Of a DNA stretch of 64,000 nucleotides, positions 29,080 through 38,742 are shown one piece after another (position 1 is the stretch's first letter; each line of letters begins with the position of its first letter). The position numbers and the translations under genes are program-made. A model generated the notes under the pieces. That model worked only from the letters and a program-made list of their open reading frames with translations, made no database searches and was not told the origin of the DNA. The stretch comes from Terrimicrobiaceae bacterium (GTDB lineage: Bacteria > Verrucomicrobiota > Verrucomicrobiia > Chthoniobacterales > Terrimicrobiaceae). The stretch lies in contig JBGSVZ010000031.1 of assembly GCA_041752695.1 (NCBI GenBank), positions 96,001 to 160,000 on the forward strand, read 5' to 3'.

Positions 29080-31362
29080 ATGAGCCACGAATCCGCTGTT
29101 CTGACCAAACCCCCGACGCAACTCGATTACAGCCTCACCGGCCTGAACTCCACGCTCGCCATCGAACGCGGTCTGGCCGAGGCGGAATGGTATCAGACCC
29201 CTGTGCCGCGCGAGACGATGCGCAAGCTGCTTGAACGCCGCGACGGCCCGGCCTTGCGGGACACGATTTTGTGGTTCGCGCTGATCCTCGGCTCCGGCTA
29301 CGCCACCTATGCCTCATGGGGTTCGTGGTGGGCGGCCCTGCCTTACATGGTTTATGCGGTGCTCTATGCCTCGACTTCGGATTCGCGCTGGCATGAGTCG
29401 GGCCACGGCACGGCGTTCAAGACCGATTGGATGAACAACGTGCTCTACGAGATTGCCTCTTTCATGGTCATGCGCGAATCGACGGTCTGGCGTTGGAGTC
29501 ACACCCGGCATCACAGCGATACCATCATCGTCGGACGTGATCCGGAAATCGTGGTGCCGCGTCCGCCGAACGTTAGGAACCTGATTCTCGGATTTTTCGT
29601 GCTGACGGTTTATCCCAGTTATTTCAAACACATCGTGCTGCACGCCCTTGGCCGCATGACGCCGGATGAGAAGACTTACATTCCCGAAAGTGAGTTCCCG
29701 AAGATTTATTTCAAGGCTCGGATCTATCTGGCCATCTATCTTGGCGTCATCGCCCTGGCGATGGCGACGGGCAGCATTCTCCCGCTGCTCTTCGTCGGGT
29801 TGGTGAACATTTTCGGTTCCTGGCTGATGAGTGTCTATGGCCTGACGCAACATGCCGGCCTTGCGGAAAACGTGCTCGATCATCGGCTGAACTGCCGCAC
29901 GGTTTATATGAATCCGATCAACCGTTACCTCTATTGGAACATGAACTACCACGTGGAGCATCACATGTTTCCCTTGGTGCCGTATCATGCCCTGCCGCAG
30001 TTGCACGAGGCGGTGAAAGCGGATATGCCAGAGCCGTATCCGAACCTGCTTGCCGCCTGGAGTGAGATCATTCCTGCGGTGTTGCGTCAGGTTAACGACC
30101 CGGCCTATTACGTGAAACGCAAGCTGCCCGATCCCGTCGTCAAATCGCCCGAAGGCCTGCAAGTCTCTGAAGTAAAGGCGGACGCCGGAGGCTGGATCGA
30201 AATCTGCGCCGCCGCCGACCTCGGTCGTGCTGATGTGCTCCGTTTCGATCATGGGAAAAAAACCTACGCCCTTTACCGCGATGAAAATGGCCAGCTTTAC
30301 GCCACCGACGGCATCTGCACCCATGGAAACACCCACCTCGCCGATGGCCTCGTCAAGGGCGACATCATCGAATGTCCGAAACACAACGGGCGATTCCATC
30401 TCGCCGATGGTTCACCCGCCCGTCCGCCGATCTGTCGTGGCCTCGCCACCTATCCGCTGGAGGAACGCAACGGACGGCTTCACCTGAATATTGTCCGTGC
30501 TGGTGGAGCCGCCGTTCGCACCCAAAAGACCTACCAACTCCGCGCTGTGAGCAATCGCAACGTCGCCACTTTCATCAAGGAGCTTGTCCTCGAACCTGCC
30601 GACCCATTGGAAAAAATCACCTTCACCCCCGGCGATTATTTGCAAATCGACATCCCCGCCTACGACGAAATTCGTTTCCGCGATTTCGATATTCCCGAAC
30701 CCTACGCCACCGTCTGGGAAAACCAGCACGTCTTCGATCTCGTCGCCTGCAACCCCGCCGCCGGTCGCCGCAATAATTACTCACTCGCCAGCAATCAACA
30801 GACCGAACGCACCCTGCGTTTCAACGTCCGCATTGCCACGCCGCCGCCCGGTCAGGATTGTCCGCCCGGCGTAGGCTCCAGCTATGTTTTCAACCTGAAA
30901 CCCGGCGATCCCGTCACCGCCATTGGTTCCTTCGGCGATTTCCACATCAAGCCCACCCAGCGGGAAATGCTCTACATCGGGGGTGGCGCGGGCATGGCAC
31001 CCTTGCGCTCGCACCTCTCGCATTTGTTCGAGACCGAGAAGACCGCCCGGAAGGTCAGCTTCTGGTACGGTGCCCGCTCAAAGCAGGAGATTTTTTACGA
31101 AGACTACTTTCAGCAACTGGCAGCGGAATATCCGAATTTCGCCTTTCATTTGGCCCTCTCCTCGCCGTTGCCGGAGGACACCTGGAGCGGTCTCCAAGGT
31201 TTCATTCACGAAGTCGTTTTGGAAAAATATCTCGCCTCGCATTCCAATCCCAAAGCGGTGGAATACTATCTCTGCGGCCCGCCCATGATGATCAAGGCTT
31301 GCACCAAAATGCTCGCCAATCTTGGAGTTCCGGCCAATCAAATCGCTTACGACGAATTTTAA
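29080..31362 (+). CDS. Fusion: MocD-like membrane diiron oxygenase + Rieske 2Fe-2S ferredoxin + NqrF-like FAD/NAD(P)H reductase
   Basis: His boxes HESGH, HTRHH, QH, HVEHH; Rieske CTH...CPKH; RNNYS, GVGSSY, GGGAGMAP, YLCGPPMM; one continuous ORF. Confidence 0.9.
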   Translation: MSHESAVLTKPPTQLDYSLTGLNSTLAIERGLAEAEWYQTPVPRETMRKLLERRDGPALRDTILWFALILGSGYATYASWGSWWAALPYMVYAVLYASTSDSRWHESGHGTAFKTDWMNNVLYEIASFMVMRESTVWRWSHTRHHSDTIIVGRDPEIVVPRPPNVRNLILGFFVLTVYPSYFKHIVLHALGRMTPDEKTYIPESEFPKIYFKARIYLAIYLGVIALAMATGSILPLLFVGLVNIFGSWLMSVYGLTQHAGLAENVLDHRLNCRTVYMNPINRYLYWNMNYHVEHHMFPLVPYHALPQLHEAVKADMPEPYPNLLAAWSEIIPAVLRQVNDPAYYVKRKLPDPVVKSPEGLQVSEVKADAGGWIEICAAADLGRADVLRFDHGKKTYALYRDENGQLYATDGICTHGNTHLADGLVKGDIIECPKHNGRFHLADGSPARPPICRGLATYPLEERNGRLHLNIVRAGGAAVRTQKTYQLRAVSNRNVATFIKELVLEPADPLEKITFTPGDYLQIDIPAYDEIRFRDFDIPEPYATVWENQHVFDLVACNPAAGRRNNYSLASNQQTERTLRFNVRIATPPPGQDCPPGVGSSYVFNLKPGDPVTAIGSFGDFHIKPTQREMLYIGGGAGMAPLRSHLSHLFETEKTARKVSFWYGARSKQEIFYEDYFQQLAAEYPNFAFHLALSSPLPEDTWSGLQGFIHEVVLEKYLASHSNPKAVEYYLCGPPMMIKACTKMLANLGVPANQIAYDEF

Positions 31363-31365
31363 GCC

Positions 31366-32271
31366 GTGGCCTTTCTCCTCAACGACGGTTCCGGCGCACC
31401 GCCGAAACTCCGGGTTTATCTCAATCTGGACAACCTCGTCGATCTCCGCCCTGACTCCCGTTGGCGCGGTTGGGAAGGTCGGGAGCAGGACGAACATCTG
31501 TTCGCTGACGGGTTTGAAGGCGTGCAACTCACCAACAACGAACCGCCATCCGCAGATGGCTTTTTGCCGCATTGCGGACTGGACCGCATCAACACGCCTG
31601 CGGAGGCCGATTCCATCGCCGCCCGGCATGCGGCGAGGGGCGATCAATGCCTCACCGTTCATGCGGGCTGGGGTTTGGAAGAGGACGCGGAAATGTTTGC
31701 CATCGTCGAAGCCATCCTCGCCGCTTCGGACAAACAGCGGATTCCCATTTTTATCGAAACTCATCGGGCCACGATCACGCAGGATTTGTGGCGCACCGTG
31801 GAGATCACCAAAAAGTTTCCGGGAGTGCGCTTCAATGGGGACTTCAGCCATTATTATTGCGGGCAGGAAATGGTTTATGGCGGATTGGAAATGAAGCTCG
31901 CCTTCATGCAACCGATCTTCGACCGCATCGGATTCCTCCACGGACGGATCGCGAGCCCAGGTTCGATGCAAGTGCCCATCGACTCAGACCTCCACGCGCG
32001 CCCCGCCCAGGCGCATGGGGTGGTGGATTATCTGGCGCATTTCCGCGAAATCTGGACTTTGGCCATGCAGGGATTTCTTTCCACGGCGGGGCCGGGTGAC
32101 GTACTCATTTTCGCCCCGGAACTCCTCGCTGGCACGAATTATTACGCCCGGTTGTTTCCCGCTGCTTCGGGAAAAATGGAAGAGGAGTCGGATCGTTACG
32201 AGCAGGCTTTGCTTTACGGGAAGCTGGCCCGATCCTGTTTTGCCGAAGCTCAAAAACGCTTAATTGTTTAA
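31366..32271 (+). CDS. Xylose-isomerase-like TIM barrel protein
   Basis: ETHRAT, GDFSHY, HGR, PE metal-ligand pattern; GTG start 3 nt after the fusion stop. Confidence 0.8.
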   Translation: MAFLLNDGSGAPPKLRVYLNLDNLVDLRPDSRWRGWEGREQDEHLFADGFEGVQLTNNEPPSADGFLPHCGLDRINTPAEADSIAARHAARGDQCLTVHAGWGLEEDAEMFAIVEAILAASDKQRIPIFIETHRATITQDLWRTVEITKKFPGVRFNGDFSHYYCGQEMVYGGLEMKLAFMQPIFDRIGFLHGRIASPGSMQVPIDSDLHARPAQAHGVVDYLAHFREIWTLAMQGFLSTAGPGDVLIFAPELLAGTNYYARLFPAASGKMEEESDRYEQALLYGKLARSCFAEAQKRLIV

Positions 32272-32273
32272 GT
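32258..32273. promoter_or_regulatory. GCTTAA-N4-TTAAGC box copy (GCTTAATTGTTTAAGT)
   Basis: 55 bp upstream of the GH2 start; overlaps the stop of the upstream gene. Confidence 0.55.
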
Positions 32274-32327
32274 TGAAAAAATGGATTTTCGGTCGAAAGC
32301 CTTCTCAAACGCATCAAAATCCCCGTC

Positions 32328-34562
32328 TTGAAAAGTTCCAATCCTGTCGTCGTTGAAAATCCGGTTCCTACTGCCCAAGTCCAATCGTTGGTTTGGGAAG
32401 TGGGTTTTCATCAAGAGCTGAATCAAGTTCCCTCGGAGTGGGTGCCTGCGACCGTGCCGGGTGCGGTGCAACTTGATTACGCCAAAGCTCATCAATGGCC
32501 TCCGCATTGGATCGCCGACAATTTTCGCGACTACGCCTGGATGGAGGATGTTTTCTGGACCTATCGGGCGTCGGTGACGACACCGGTCGGCGGCAAGGAA
32601 AACGACCGACTTTTTCTCGTAATCGGCGGGGTGGATTATCGGTTTCAAATTTCCATCAATGGCGTGGTGTTGTTGGAGCAGGAAGGGATGTTTACGCCGG
32701 TGGAATGGGATGTCACGGAACGGCCCGGCGAATTGACGGTGACGATCTGGCCGGTGCCAAAATCCCATGCACAGCCAGCGGATCGCGGGCAGGCGGATCG
32801 CTCCTGCAAACCGGCGGTGAGTTATGGATGGGATTTTCACGCCCGCTTGATTCCAACCGGGATCTGGAAAGCCGCGCGACTGGAATGGCGTGCGCCGGTG
32901 CGGATTTTACATGCGCAAGTTTTTTATGATCTGGCCCCGGATTTTTCCACCGCAGAAGTTCGGGTGGAAGTCCGAGTTTCCGAAGGCGATTCAAGGCGAA
33001 AGCTGGTTGCGAGCTCCTTTGGCCCGGATGGAAGGCTTCTTAGTCGGACGGAAACGCCTGCCGAGGAATTCCTCAACAGCCACCAATCACCAATCACCAA
33101 TCCCGCGCTCTGGTGGCCGCACACTCATGGCCAACCCGCGCTGTATCGCGTGGTGGTTGATCTGCTTGACGCTGAAGGGACGGTGCTCGATTCCCGCGAG
33201 ATCGTCTTTGGTTTGCGCCGCGTCCGCTTGGTGATGGCGCAGGGGATTTGGAAGGAGCCGGGTGAGGGCTTCCCGAAGACACGCTGCAATCCTCCGATGA
33301 CGCTGGAAATCAATGGGCGTGAGATTTTTGCGAAAGGCTCCAATGTCGTCGCGTCGGATATCTTCCCCGGCACAATCACGGACGAAGATCATGCCACGCT
33401 GGTGGGTTTGGCAAAGGACGCGAACTTCAACCTTCTGCGTTTGTGGGGAGGAGCGGCTACGCCAACGGATGCATTCTTCGCGTGCTGCGACAGGCTGGGG
33501 ATCATGGTCTGGGCGGAGTTTCCGCTCTCCTGCAATGCGTATGGCGACGAGCCGGAGTATTTGCGCGTGCTCGATCAGGAATCGCGCAGCATCATCCAAG
33601 CGCTGCGTCCGCATCCCTCCGTGGTGCTGTGGTGCGGGGGGAATGAGCTGTTTAACTCGTGGTCCCGCATGACCGATCAGTCCCTGGCATTGCGTTTGTT
33701 GAATCGGAACTGCTATGACCTCGATCGAGGGCGGCCGTTTCTCCCGACCTCGCCTGTCATGGGGGTGGGACATGGAGCTTACACCTTTATTGATCCTGCC
33801 AGTGGCCGTGAGATCTGGCACGCCTATCAACACGCGGAGCATACCGCCTACACCGAGTTCGGGTGCCCGGGACCGATTGATGCCGCACGATTACGCGAGA
33901 TTATTCCCCACGAGCAACTGCTGCCGCCCCGTGCGGGCACGGCTTGGGAGACTCACCATGGCTTTGGCTCCTGGGACATGGATCCGGCCACCTGGCTGCA
34001 ATTGCCAACTATCGAGCGGTATTTTCCCGAAACCACGTCCCTGGAGGAGATCGTCGAACGCGGTCAGTTTTTGCAAGCCGAGGGCTTGCGCGGAGTCTAT
34101 GAGGAGATTCGGCGGCAAGCACCCTTTGCGAGCATGGCTTTGAGTTGGTGCTTCAACGAGCCATGGCCCTGCGCGGCCAATTGCAGCCTGCTCGGCTGGC
34201 CTTTCGTTCCGAAAAAAGCCTACATCGCCGTCACCGAGGCGTGCCGCCCGATGCTGGCGAGTGCGAAGATTCCGAAGTTTGGCTGGCGAGGTGGGGAGGT
34301 TTTCTTCGCAGAGCTTTGGGTGCTCAATGATAGTTTCGACGAAACTCCGGGACTGGTGGTTGAGCCCTTTTTGCATGTCGGCGAGGAGTCCATTCCGTTG
34401 GAGATTTGGGAGGCCGAAGCCACCGCGCCACAGACTAACCGCCAGGGGCCGTGCGTCCGTGCCTCCTTGCCGGAGGGCATCGGCGGTGTGTTTGCTTTGG
34501 AGCTTAAAGTCCAGGGCCTGCCTTCGCTCAGCAGCCGGTATGGCCTTTGTTTCCTGCCATAG
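32328..34562 (+). CDS. GH2 beta-mannosidase-like glycoside hydrolase
   Basis: ATVPG, SYGWDF, LWWP, KGSN, LRLWGG, HPSVVLWCGGNE, TEFG, WCFNEPW. Confidence 0.92.
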   Translation: MKSSNPVVVENPVPTAQVQSLVWEVGFHQELNQVPSEWVPATVPGAVQLDYAKAHQWPPHWIADNFRDYAWMEDVFWTYRASVTTPVGGKENDRLFLVIGGVDYRFQISINGVVLLEQEGMFTPVEWDVTERPGELTVTIWPVPKSHAQPADRGQADRSCKPAVSYGWDFHARLIPTGIWKAARLEWRAPVRILHAQVFYDLAPDFSTAEVRVEVRVSEGDSRRKLVASSFGPDGRLLSRTETPAEEFLNSHQSPITNPALWWPHTHGQPALYRVVVDLLDAEGTVLDSREIVFGLRRVRLVMAQGIWKEPGEGFPKTRCNPPMTLEINGREIFAKGSNVVASDIFPGTITDEDHATLVGLAKDANFNLLRLWGGAATPTDAFFACCDRLGIMVWAEFPLSCNAYGDEPEYLRVLDQESRSIIQALRPHPSVVLWCGGNELFNSWSRMTDQSLALRLLNRNCYDLDRGRPFLPTSPVMGVGHGAYTFIDPASGREIWHAYQHAEHTAYTEFGCPGPIDAARLREIIPHEQLLPPRAGTAWETHHGFGSWDMDPATWLQLPTIERYFPETTSLEEIVERGQFLQAEGLRGVYEEIRRQAPFASMALSWCFNEPWPCAANCSLLGWPFVPKKAYIAVTEACRPMLASAKIPKFGWRGGEVFFAELWVLNDSFDETPGLVVEPFLHVGEESIPLEIWEAEATAPQTNRQGPCVRASLPEGIGGVFALELKVQGLPSLSSRYGLCFLP

Positions 34563-34579
34563 ATGGCGGACAGTTTGAC

Positions 34580-34595
34580 GCTTAACTGTTAAAGC
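34580..34595. promoter_or_regulatory. GCTTAA-N4-TTAAGC box copy (GCTTAACTGTTAAAGC)
   Basis: 55 bp upstream of the ATG at 34650. Confidence 0.55.
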
Positions 34596-34649
34596 AAAAT
34601 AGTCCGCCGTCTGGAATGGGTTTTGGATATCGTAAACGACATCTGCTCC

Positions 34650-35990
34650 ATGACCAATTCCTCTCTTGTTTCAAATGGTGCCGAGACTTTTTTCCGTGCA
34701 CGTAAAGAGTTCGGCGAACAGCCTGTTTTTAGGGTTCGGATCAACGGCCAATTGGAGGAGATCATTGAAACGCCGTCGGCGGCGGTGGTGCGTCCGCTGG
34801 TGACTGAGCCGCTGGAGATCCTGGTTCAATATAAAGCGCCGGTTCGTGATGTGGTGGTTCGGCCCTTGCGGCTGGGGATCGTTCCAGAAATCGAGGGGAA
34901 TACGCTGCGATTTTTTCTGAACGAGCCGTGCGGGGTGAGCGTGGAAATCAATGGTGATTTGGATTTTCCGCTGCTCGTTTTGGCGGAGGAAGAGATTTTT
35001 CCGCCGGAGTTGGCCCCGAACACAATCATTCTCGGCAAGGGCAATCACGACGCTTCCGAGATCACATTAGCGGATGACAGTGTGCTCTTTTTGGATCATG
35101 GAGCACGCCTCTCTGGGCCGTTGCACCTGCGGGGGTTGAAAAACGTTCGAATATTTGGTTTGGGGATTATTGATGCCACCAACGCTGATCCTGCGAAAAA
35201 CAAGACGGCGATTCTTCTCGATCGCTGCGAGAATGTGACGATTTCCGGGCCGCTGGGGTTCATGTGCGGACAGTGGGGCTGCATCATCCGGAGCAGTCGC
35301 CAGATTGAGGTTCGCAATCTGAAACTCCTCGGGCATGAAAAGTGCAGCGACGGAATCGATGTGGACGGAAGCCACCATGTCCGCGTGTCAGGGTGCTTCA
35401 TCAAAAACAACGACGACTGCCTCTGCATCAAATCCTCGCCGCTGGCGGAAGGGGCGTCAGTGGAGGATGTGGAGTTTTCCAACTGCACGCTGTGGAATGG
35501 ACCTGCGGGCAACGGCATCGAACTGGGCTACGAATCGCAGACCCACGCCTTCCGCGACATCACTTTTCGCAATATCGACATCATCCATGTACAGACCGAG
35601 GAGGGGGGTGGTTGGGTCGATCGTATGGCGGCGATTTCCATGCACATCACCCACGATGCCCACGTGCAGAATGTGCTGTTCGAAAACATCACCATCGAAG
35701 ATGTGCAGACTCCGAAGATGATCCAGTTGACGACATTCCACTACTACCGCGACCACGGCTGGTTCAGTCCTGCGGATCGCCTAGCGAAGGGAAAAATCAG
35801 TAATGTGCGATTAAAGAATGTTCATTTTCTGAAGGCGTTTGAATGCCGGGTGCACGTGGAGGGATTTAATGGCCCGGACGATATCGAGAATGTCAGCTTT
35901 GAAAATGTGACGTTGGAGGGTGTCAATCTTGGGAACCGTCCCGATCTCGCGCTGGAGGTGGTGAATACCAAAAACTTCAGCATCACTTAG
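34650..35990 (+). CDS. GH28-like beta-helix glycoside hydrolase
   Basis: GLGIID, SDGID, NDDCLCIKS, NGIELG, repeated NVxFENI. Confidence 0.82.
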   Translation: MTNSSLVSNGAETFFRARKEFGEQPVFRVRINGQLEEIIETPSAAVVRPLVTEPLEILVQYKAPVRDVVVRPLRLGIVPEIEGNTLRFFLNEPCGVSVEINGDLDFPLLVLAEEEIFPPELAPNTIILGKGNHDASEITLADDSVLFLDHGARLSGPLHLRGLKNVRIFGLGIIDATNADPAKNKTAILLDRCENVTISGPLGFMCGQWGCIIRSSRQIEVRNLKLLGHEKCSDGIDVDGSHHVRVSGCFIKNNDDCLCIKSSPLAEGASVEDVEFSNCTLWNGPAGNGIELGYESQTHAFRDITFRNIDIIHVQTEEGGGWVDRMAAISMHITHDAHVQNVLFENITIEDVQTPKMIQLTTFHYYRDHGWFSPADRLAKGKISNVRLKNVHFLKAFECRVHVEGFNGPDDIENVSFENVTLEGVNLGNRPDLALEVVNTKNFSIT

Positions 35991-36004
35991 TCGGCTTAGC
36001 TTTC

Positions 36005-37429
36005 ATGTCTGACAGTCCCCCTCAGCCGGCCGCTCCGTCGGCTCCCAAAAAGTCGGTCCATCAAGCCAGCAACCGTGAGATTTTCGCTTGGTCCACGGGT
36101 GCGGTGACCAACAGTTTTTTCCAAAGTCTGAATGCGAATCTGACGCCGTTTTTTAATACGACGTTGGGGATGAACGCCGGACTGATTGGCATTGCCACGG
36201 CCATTCCGCGGCTGTTCGATGCGTTCACCGACCCTGTCATGGGGCACATTTCAGACAATACGCACACGCGGTGGGGACGCCGCCGTCCCTTTATCTTTTT
36301 GGGTGCCATCCTGTGCGCTTTGTTCGTGGCGCTGCTTTGGTGGGCACAGCCGGGCTGGTCACAGTCGGCGATGTTCATCTGGCTGATGGCATTGATGATT
36401 CTCCTTAGCATCGGCACCACAATTTACAGCATCCCGATGGAGGCCCTTGGTTACGAGCTCACGGATGATTACAATCAGCGGACGAAGATTCAGACCGTAA
36501 AGTTCTTCTTTGCCGCGGTCGTGGGCCTCGGTGTGCCTTGGATCTATTGGCTGACTTTACGCCCGGTTTGGGGCGGGGAGGTTGCGGGATTTCGCTGGGT
36601 CTATTTTATCGTGGCTCTCTTGATCATCGTCTTTGGGATCATTCCGGCGGTTTTTTGCAAAGAACGGTTTCAACGATCGAACAAGACGAAAGAGAATATC
36701 CGTGAAGGACTCATGGAAACGCTGCGGAATCCCTATTTTCGCCAGATTATTTACATTCGACTGTCAAACGTCCTGGGCTTCACGGTTTTCAGCGGGATGG
36801 GTTTTTACATCAACTATTATTACATCTGTCAGGGCGACAAGGATCTCGCCACCAAGATCGGGGGCATCAATGGTACCTTTTACGGCGTGCTCTCCTTCGG
36901 GTTCTTGTTTTTGATTCCCTGGATCGGCCGCACGATCGGAAAACGCACTTCCATGCTCACCGGGCTGGCCTTACAGTTCCTTGGAGCGCTTTTAAATCCC
37001 ATCATCCAGACGCCTGCTTTGCCTTATTTGCAATTGATTGGAACCGCACTGGCGGTTCCGTCGGGTTTGATGACTAATATTTTCGTCTCGTCGTTCATGC
37101 CTGATGTCTGCGATCTTGGAGAGCGTCAAACGGGCAGGCGCATGGAAGGTACCTATAGTGCTGTAGCGGGTTTTTTGAGTAAAATCGAATACACAGCGCT
37201 TGCCGTCGTCGTGGGGTTTCTCATCAGTTTTTCCGGGGTTGTTCCGGGGGCCGTCGTCCAGACAGAAGAGGTGCAAAACAACATTCGCTGGCTGGCCTAC
37301 GTGCCCAGCATATTCTTCGGCGCGGTCACCCTCTGGCTGGGCTTTAGATTCAAGGTCGATCAAAAACTGATGGAAGAGACCCGAGCCATCCTTGATGCCC
37401 GTCGCACCGATGGTGGCGAAATCATTTGA
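36005..37429 (+). CDS. MFS glycoside-pentoside-hexuronide (GPH) transporter
   Basis: DAFTDPVMGHISDNTHTRWGRRRPF, ELTDDYNQRT, DVCD...RMEG; about 12 TM segments. Confidence 0.93.
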   Translation: MSDSPPQPAAPSAPKKSVHQASNREIFAWSTGAVTNSFFQSLNANLTPFFNTTLGMNAGLIGIATAIPRLFDAFTDPVMGHISDNTHTRWGRRRPFIFLGAILCALFVALLWWAQPGWSQSAMFIWLMALMILLSIGTTIYSIPMEALGYELTDDYNQRTKIQTVKFFFAAVVGLGVPWIYWLTLRPVWGGEVAGFRWVYFIVALLIIVFGIIPAVFCKERFQRSNKTKENIREGLMETLRNPYFRQIIYIRLSNVLGFTVFSGMGFYINYYYICQGDKDLATKIGGINGTFYGVLSFGFLFLIPWIGRTIGKRTSMLTGLALQFLGALLNPIIQTPALPYLQLIGTALAVPSGLMTNIFVSSFMPDVCDLGERQTGRRMEGTYSAVAGFLSKIEYTALAVVVGFLISFSGVVPGAVVQTEEVQNNIRWLAYVPSIFFGAVTLWLGFRFKVDQKLMEETRAILDARRTDGGEII

Positions 37430-37451
37430 ATGCCCTAACAATTTGGAAACC

Positions 37452-38729
37452 ATGCGTCCGATGACCATTCCCAAACCGCTTCCCCGCATTGCCCGATTTG
37501 AAAGCCTCGCCTACGGGATGTTTCTCCACTGGGGCCTCTATTCGCAGCTTGGTGCCGGCGAGTGGGTGATGCTGAATCGGGCGATCCGTCCGAAGGACTA
37601 CAACAAACTCCAGCAAGCTTTCACCGCCGCCGACTTCGATGCACGCGCCTGGGCTCGTCTCGCCAAGAGCGCCGGGATGCGCTATCTCACGCTGACCACG
37701 CGCCACCATGAAGGATTCTCGCTCTACGATACATGCGGCCTGTCCACCTTCGACGCGCCCCATTCTCCGGCAGGCCGCGACCTCGTTGCCGAGTTCGCCG
37801 ATGCCTGCCGTGCCGAGGGGCTGATTCCGTTTTTTTATCACACGACGATTGACTGGCAGTGGTGGAAAAAACTCGTCCATCCTCCGGCTGCGGATGGTGG
37901 GCCTGATTTTGAAACCTATCTTGACTACCTCCACGCCTCCGTGGAAATCCTCTGCAAGAACTACGGCAAGATCGGCGGCCTGTGGTTTGATGGCAACTGG
38001 GCTCATCCACAAGCCGATTGGAAGGAAGACCGGCTCTACAAATTGATTCGCAAACACCAACCCGAGGCGCTTATCATCAATAATACCGGCCTCGATTTTC
38101 GTGGCGCCAAAGGTCATCCCGAGCTTGATAGCACCACCTTCGAGCAGGGGCTTCCCACGCGCCCCGACCGCCGGGGCTGGCCAAAATATCTCGCCGGGGA
38201 AATGTGTCAGACGATGAACGCGCATTGGGGGGTGGGAGAGCGGGATTTTAATTACCTCTCGCCCGTTCAGATCATCGAAAACCTCGCGCTCTCTCGCAAA
38301 GCGGGTGCGAACTATCTGCTCAACGTCGGTCCGACGGCTCAGGGAGGCATCCCGGATTATGAGGCGGGGGCGTTGCGCCGCGCCGGTGAGTGGGTTGCGC
38401 TATATGCTGACATTCTGCGTGACGGTCGCCCGGTGGACAATGTGCGCTGTACGGGCCGAGATTTTCTGCTCAAAGCCGGGCGTAAGTTTTACTATTTCGC
38501 ATTCAATCTGCCGATCCGCGGCAACGACCACGTCACTGTGACCAGTGGCGCATCCGGTCCCCGCACTTTGAGTGGCCTGAAACCAAGCATCCGTGCCGTC
38601 CACTGGCTGGACAACGACGAAAGACTCACCTTTACACAGGATTCGAAAGCCGGCTTTTTCGCTTTGGAGTGCACACCGTATCCTTATGGCACACAGCTTG
38701 TCGTGCGCGTCGCCGAGTTGGAGACTTGA
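37452..38729 (+). CDS. GH29 alpha-L-fucosidase
   Basis: GMFLHWGLYS, TTRHHEGF, LWFDG, E.CQTMN.HWG, YLLNVGP. Confidence 0.94.
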   Translation: MRPMTIPKPLPRIARFESLAYGMFLHWGLYSQLGAGEWVMLNRAIRPKDYNKLQQAFTAADFDARAWARLAKSAGMRYLTLTTRHHEGFSLYDTCGLSTFDAPHSPAGRDLVAEFADACRAEGLIPFFYHTTIDWQWWKKLVHPPAADGGPDFETYLDYLHASVEILCKNYGKIGGLWFDGNWAHPQADWKEDRLYKLIRKHQPEALIINNTGLDFRGAKGHPELDSTTFEQGLPTRPDRRGWPKYLAGEMCQTMNAHWGVGERDFNYLSPVQIIENLALSRKAGANYLLNVGPTAQGGIPDYEAGALRRAGEWVALYADILRDGRPVDNVRCTGRDFLLKAGRKFYYFAFNLPIRGNDHVTVTSGASGPRTLSGLKPSIRAVHWLDNDERLTFTQDSKAGFFALECTPYPYGTQLVVRVAELET

Positions 38730-38742
38730 ATCGACTTAGTCG

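Noticed and set aside
30520..31362. nqrF of the Na+-translocating NADH:quinone reductase
   Set aside because: Only the FAD/NAD module is present, fused to an oxygenase; no nqrA-E nearby.
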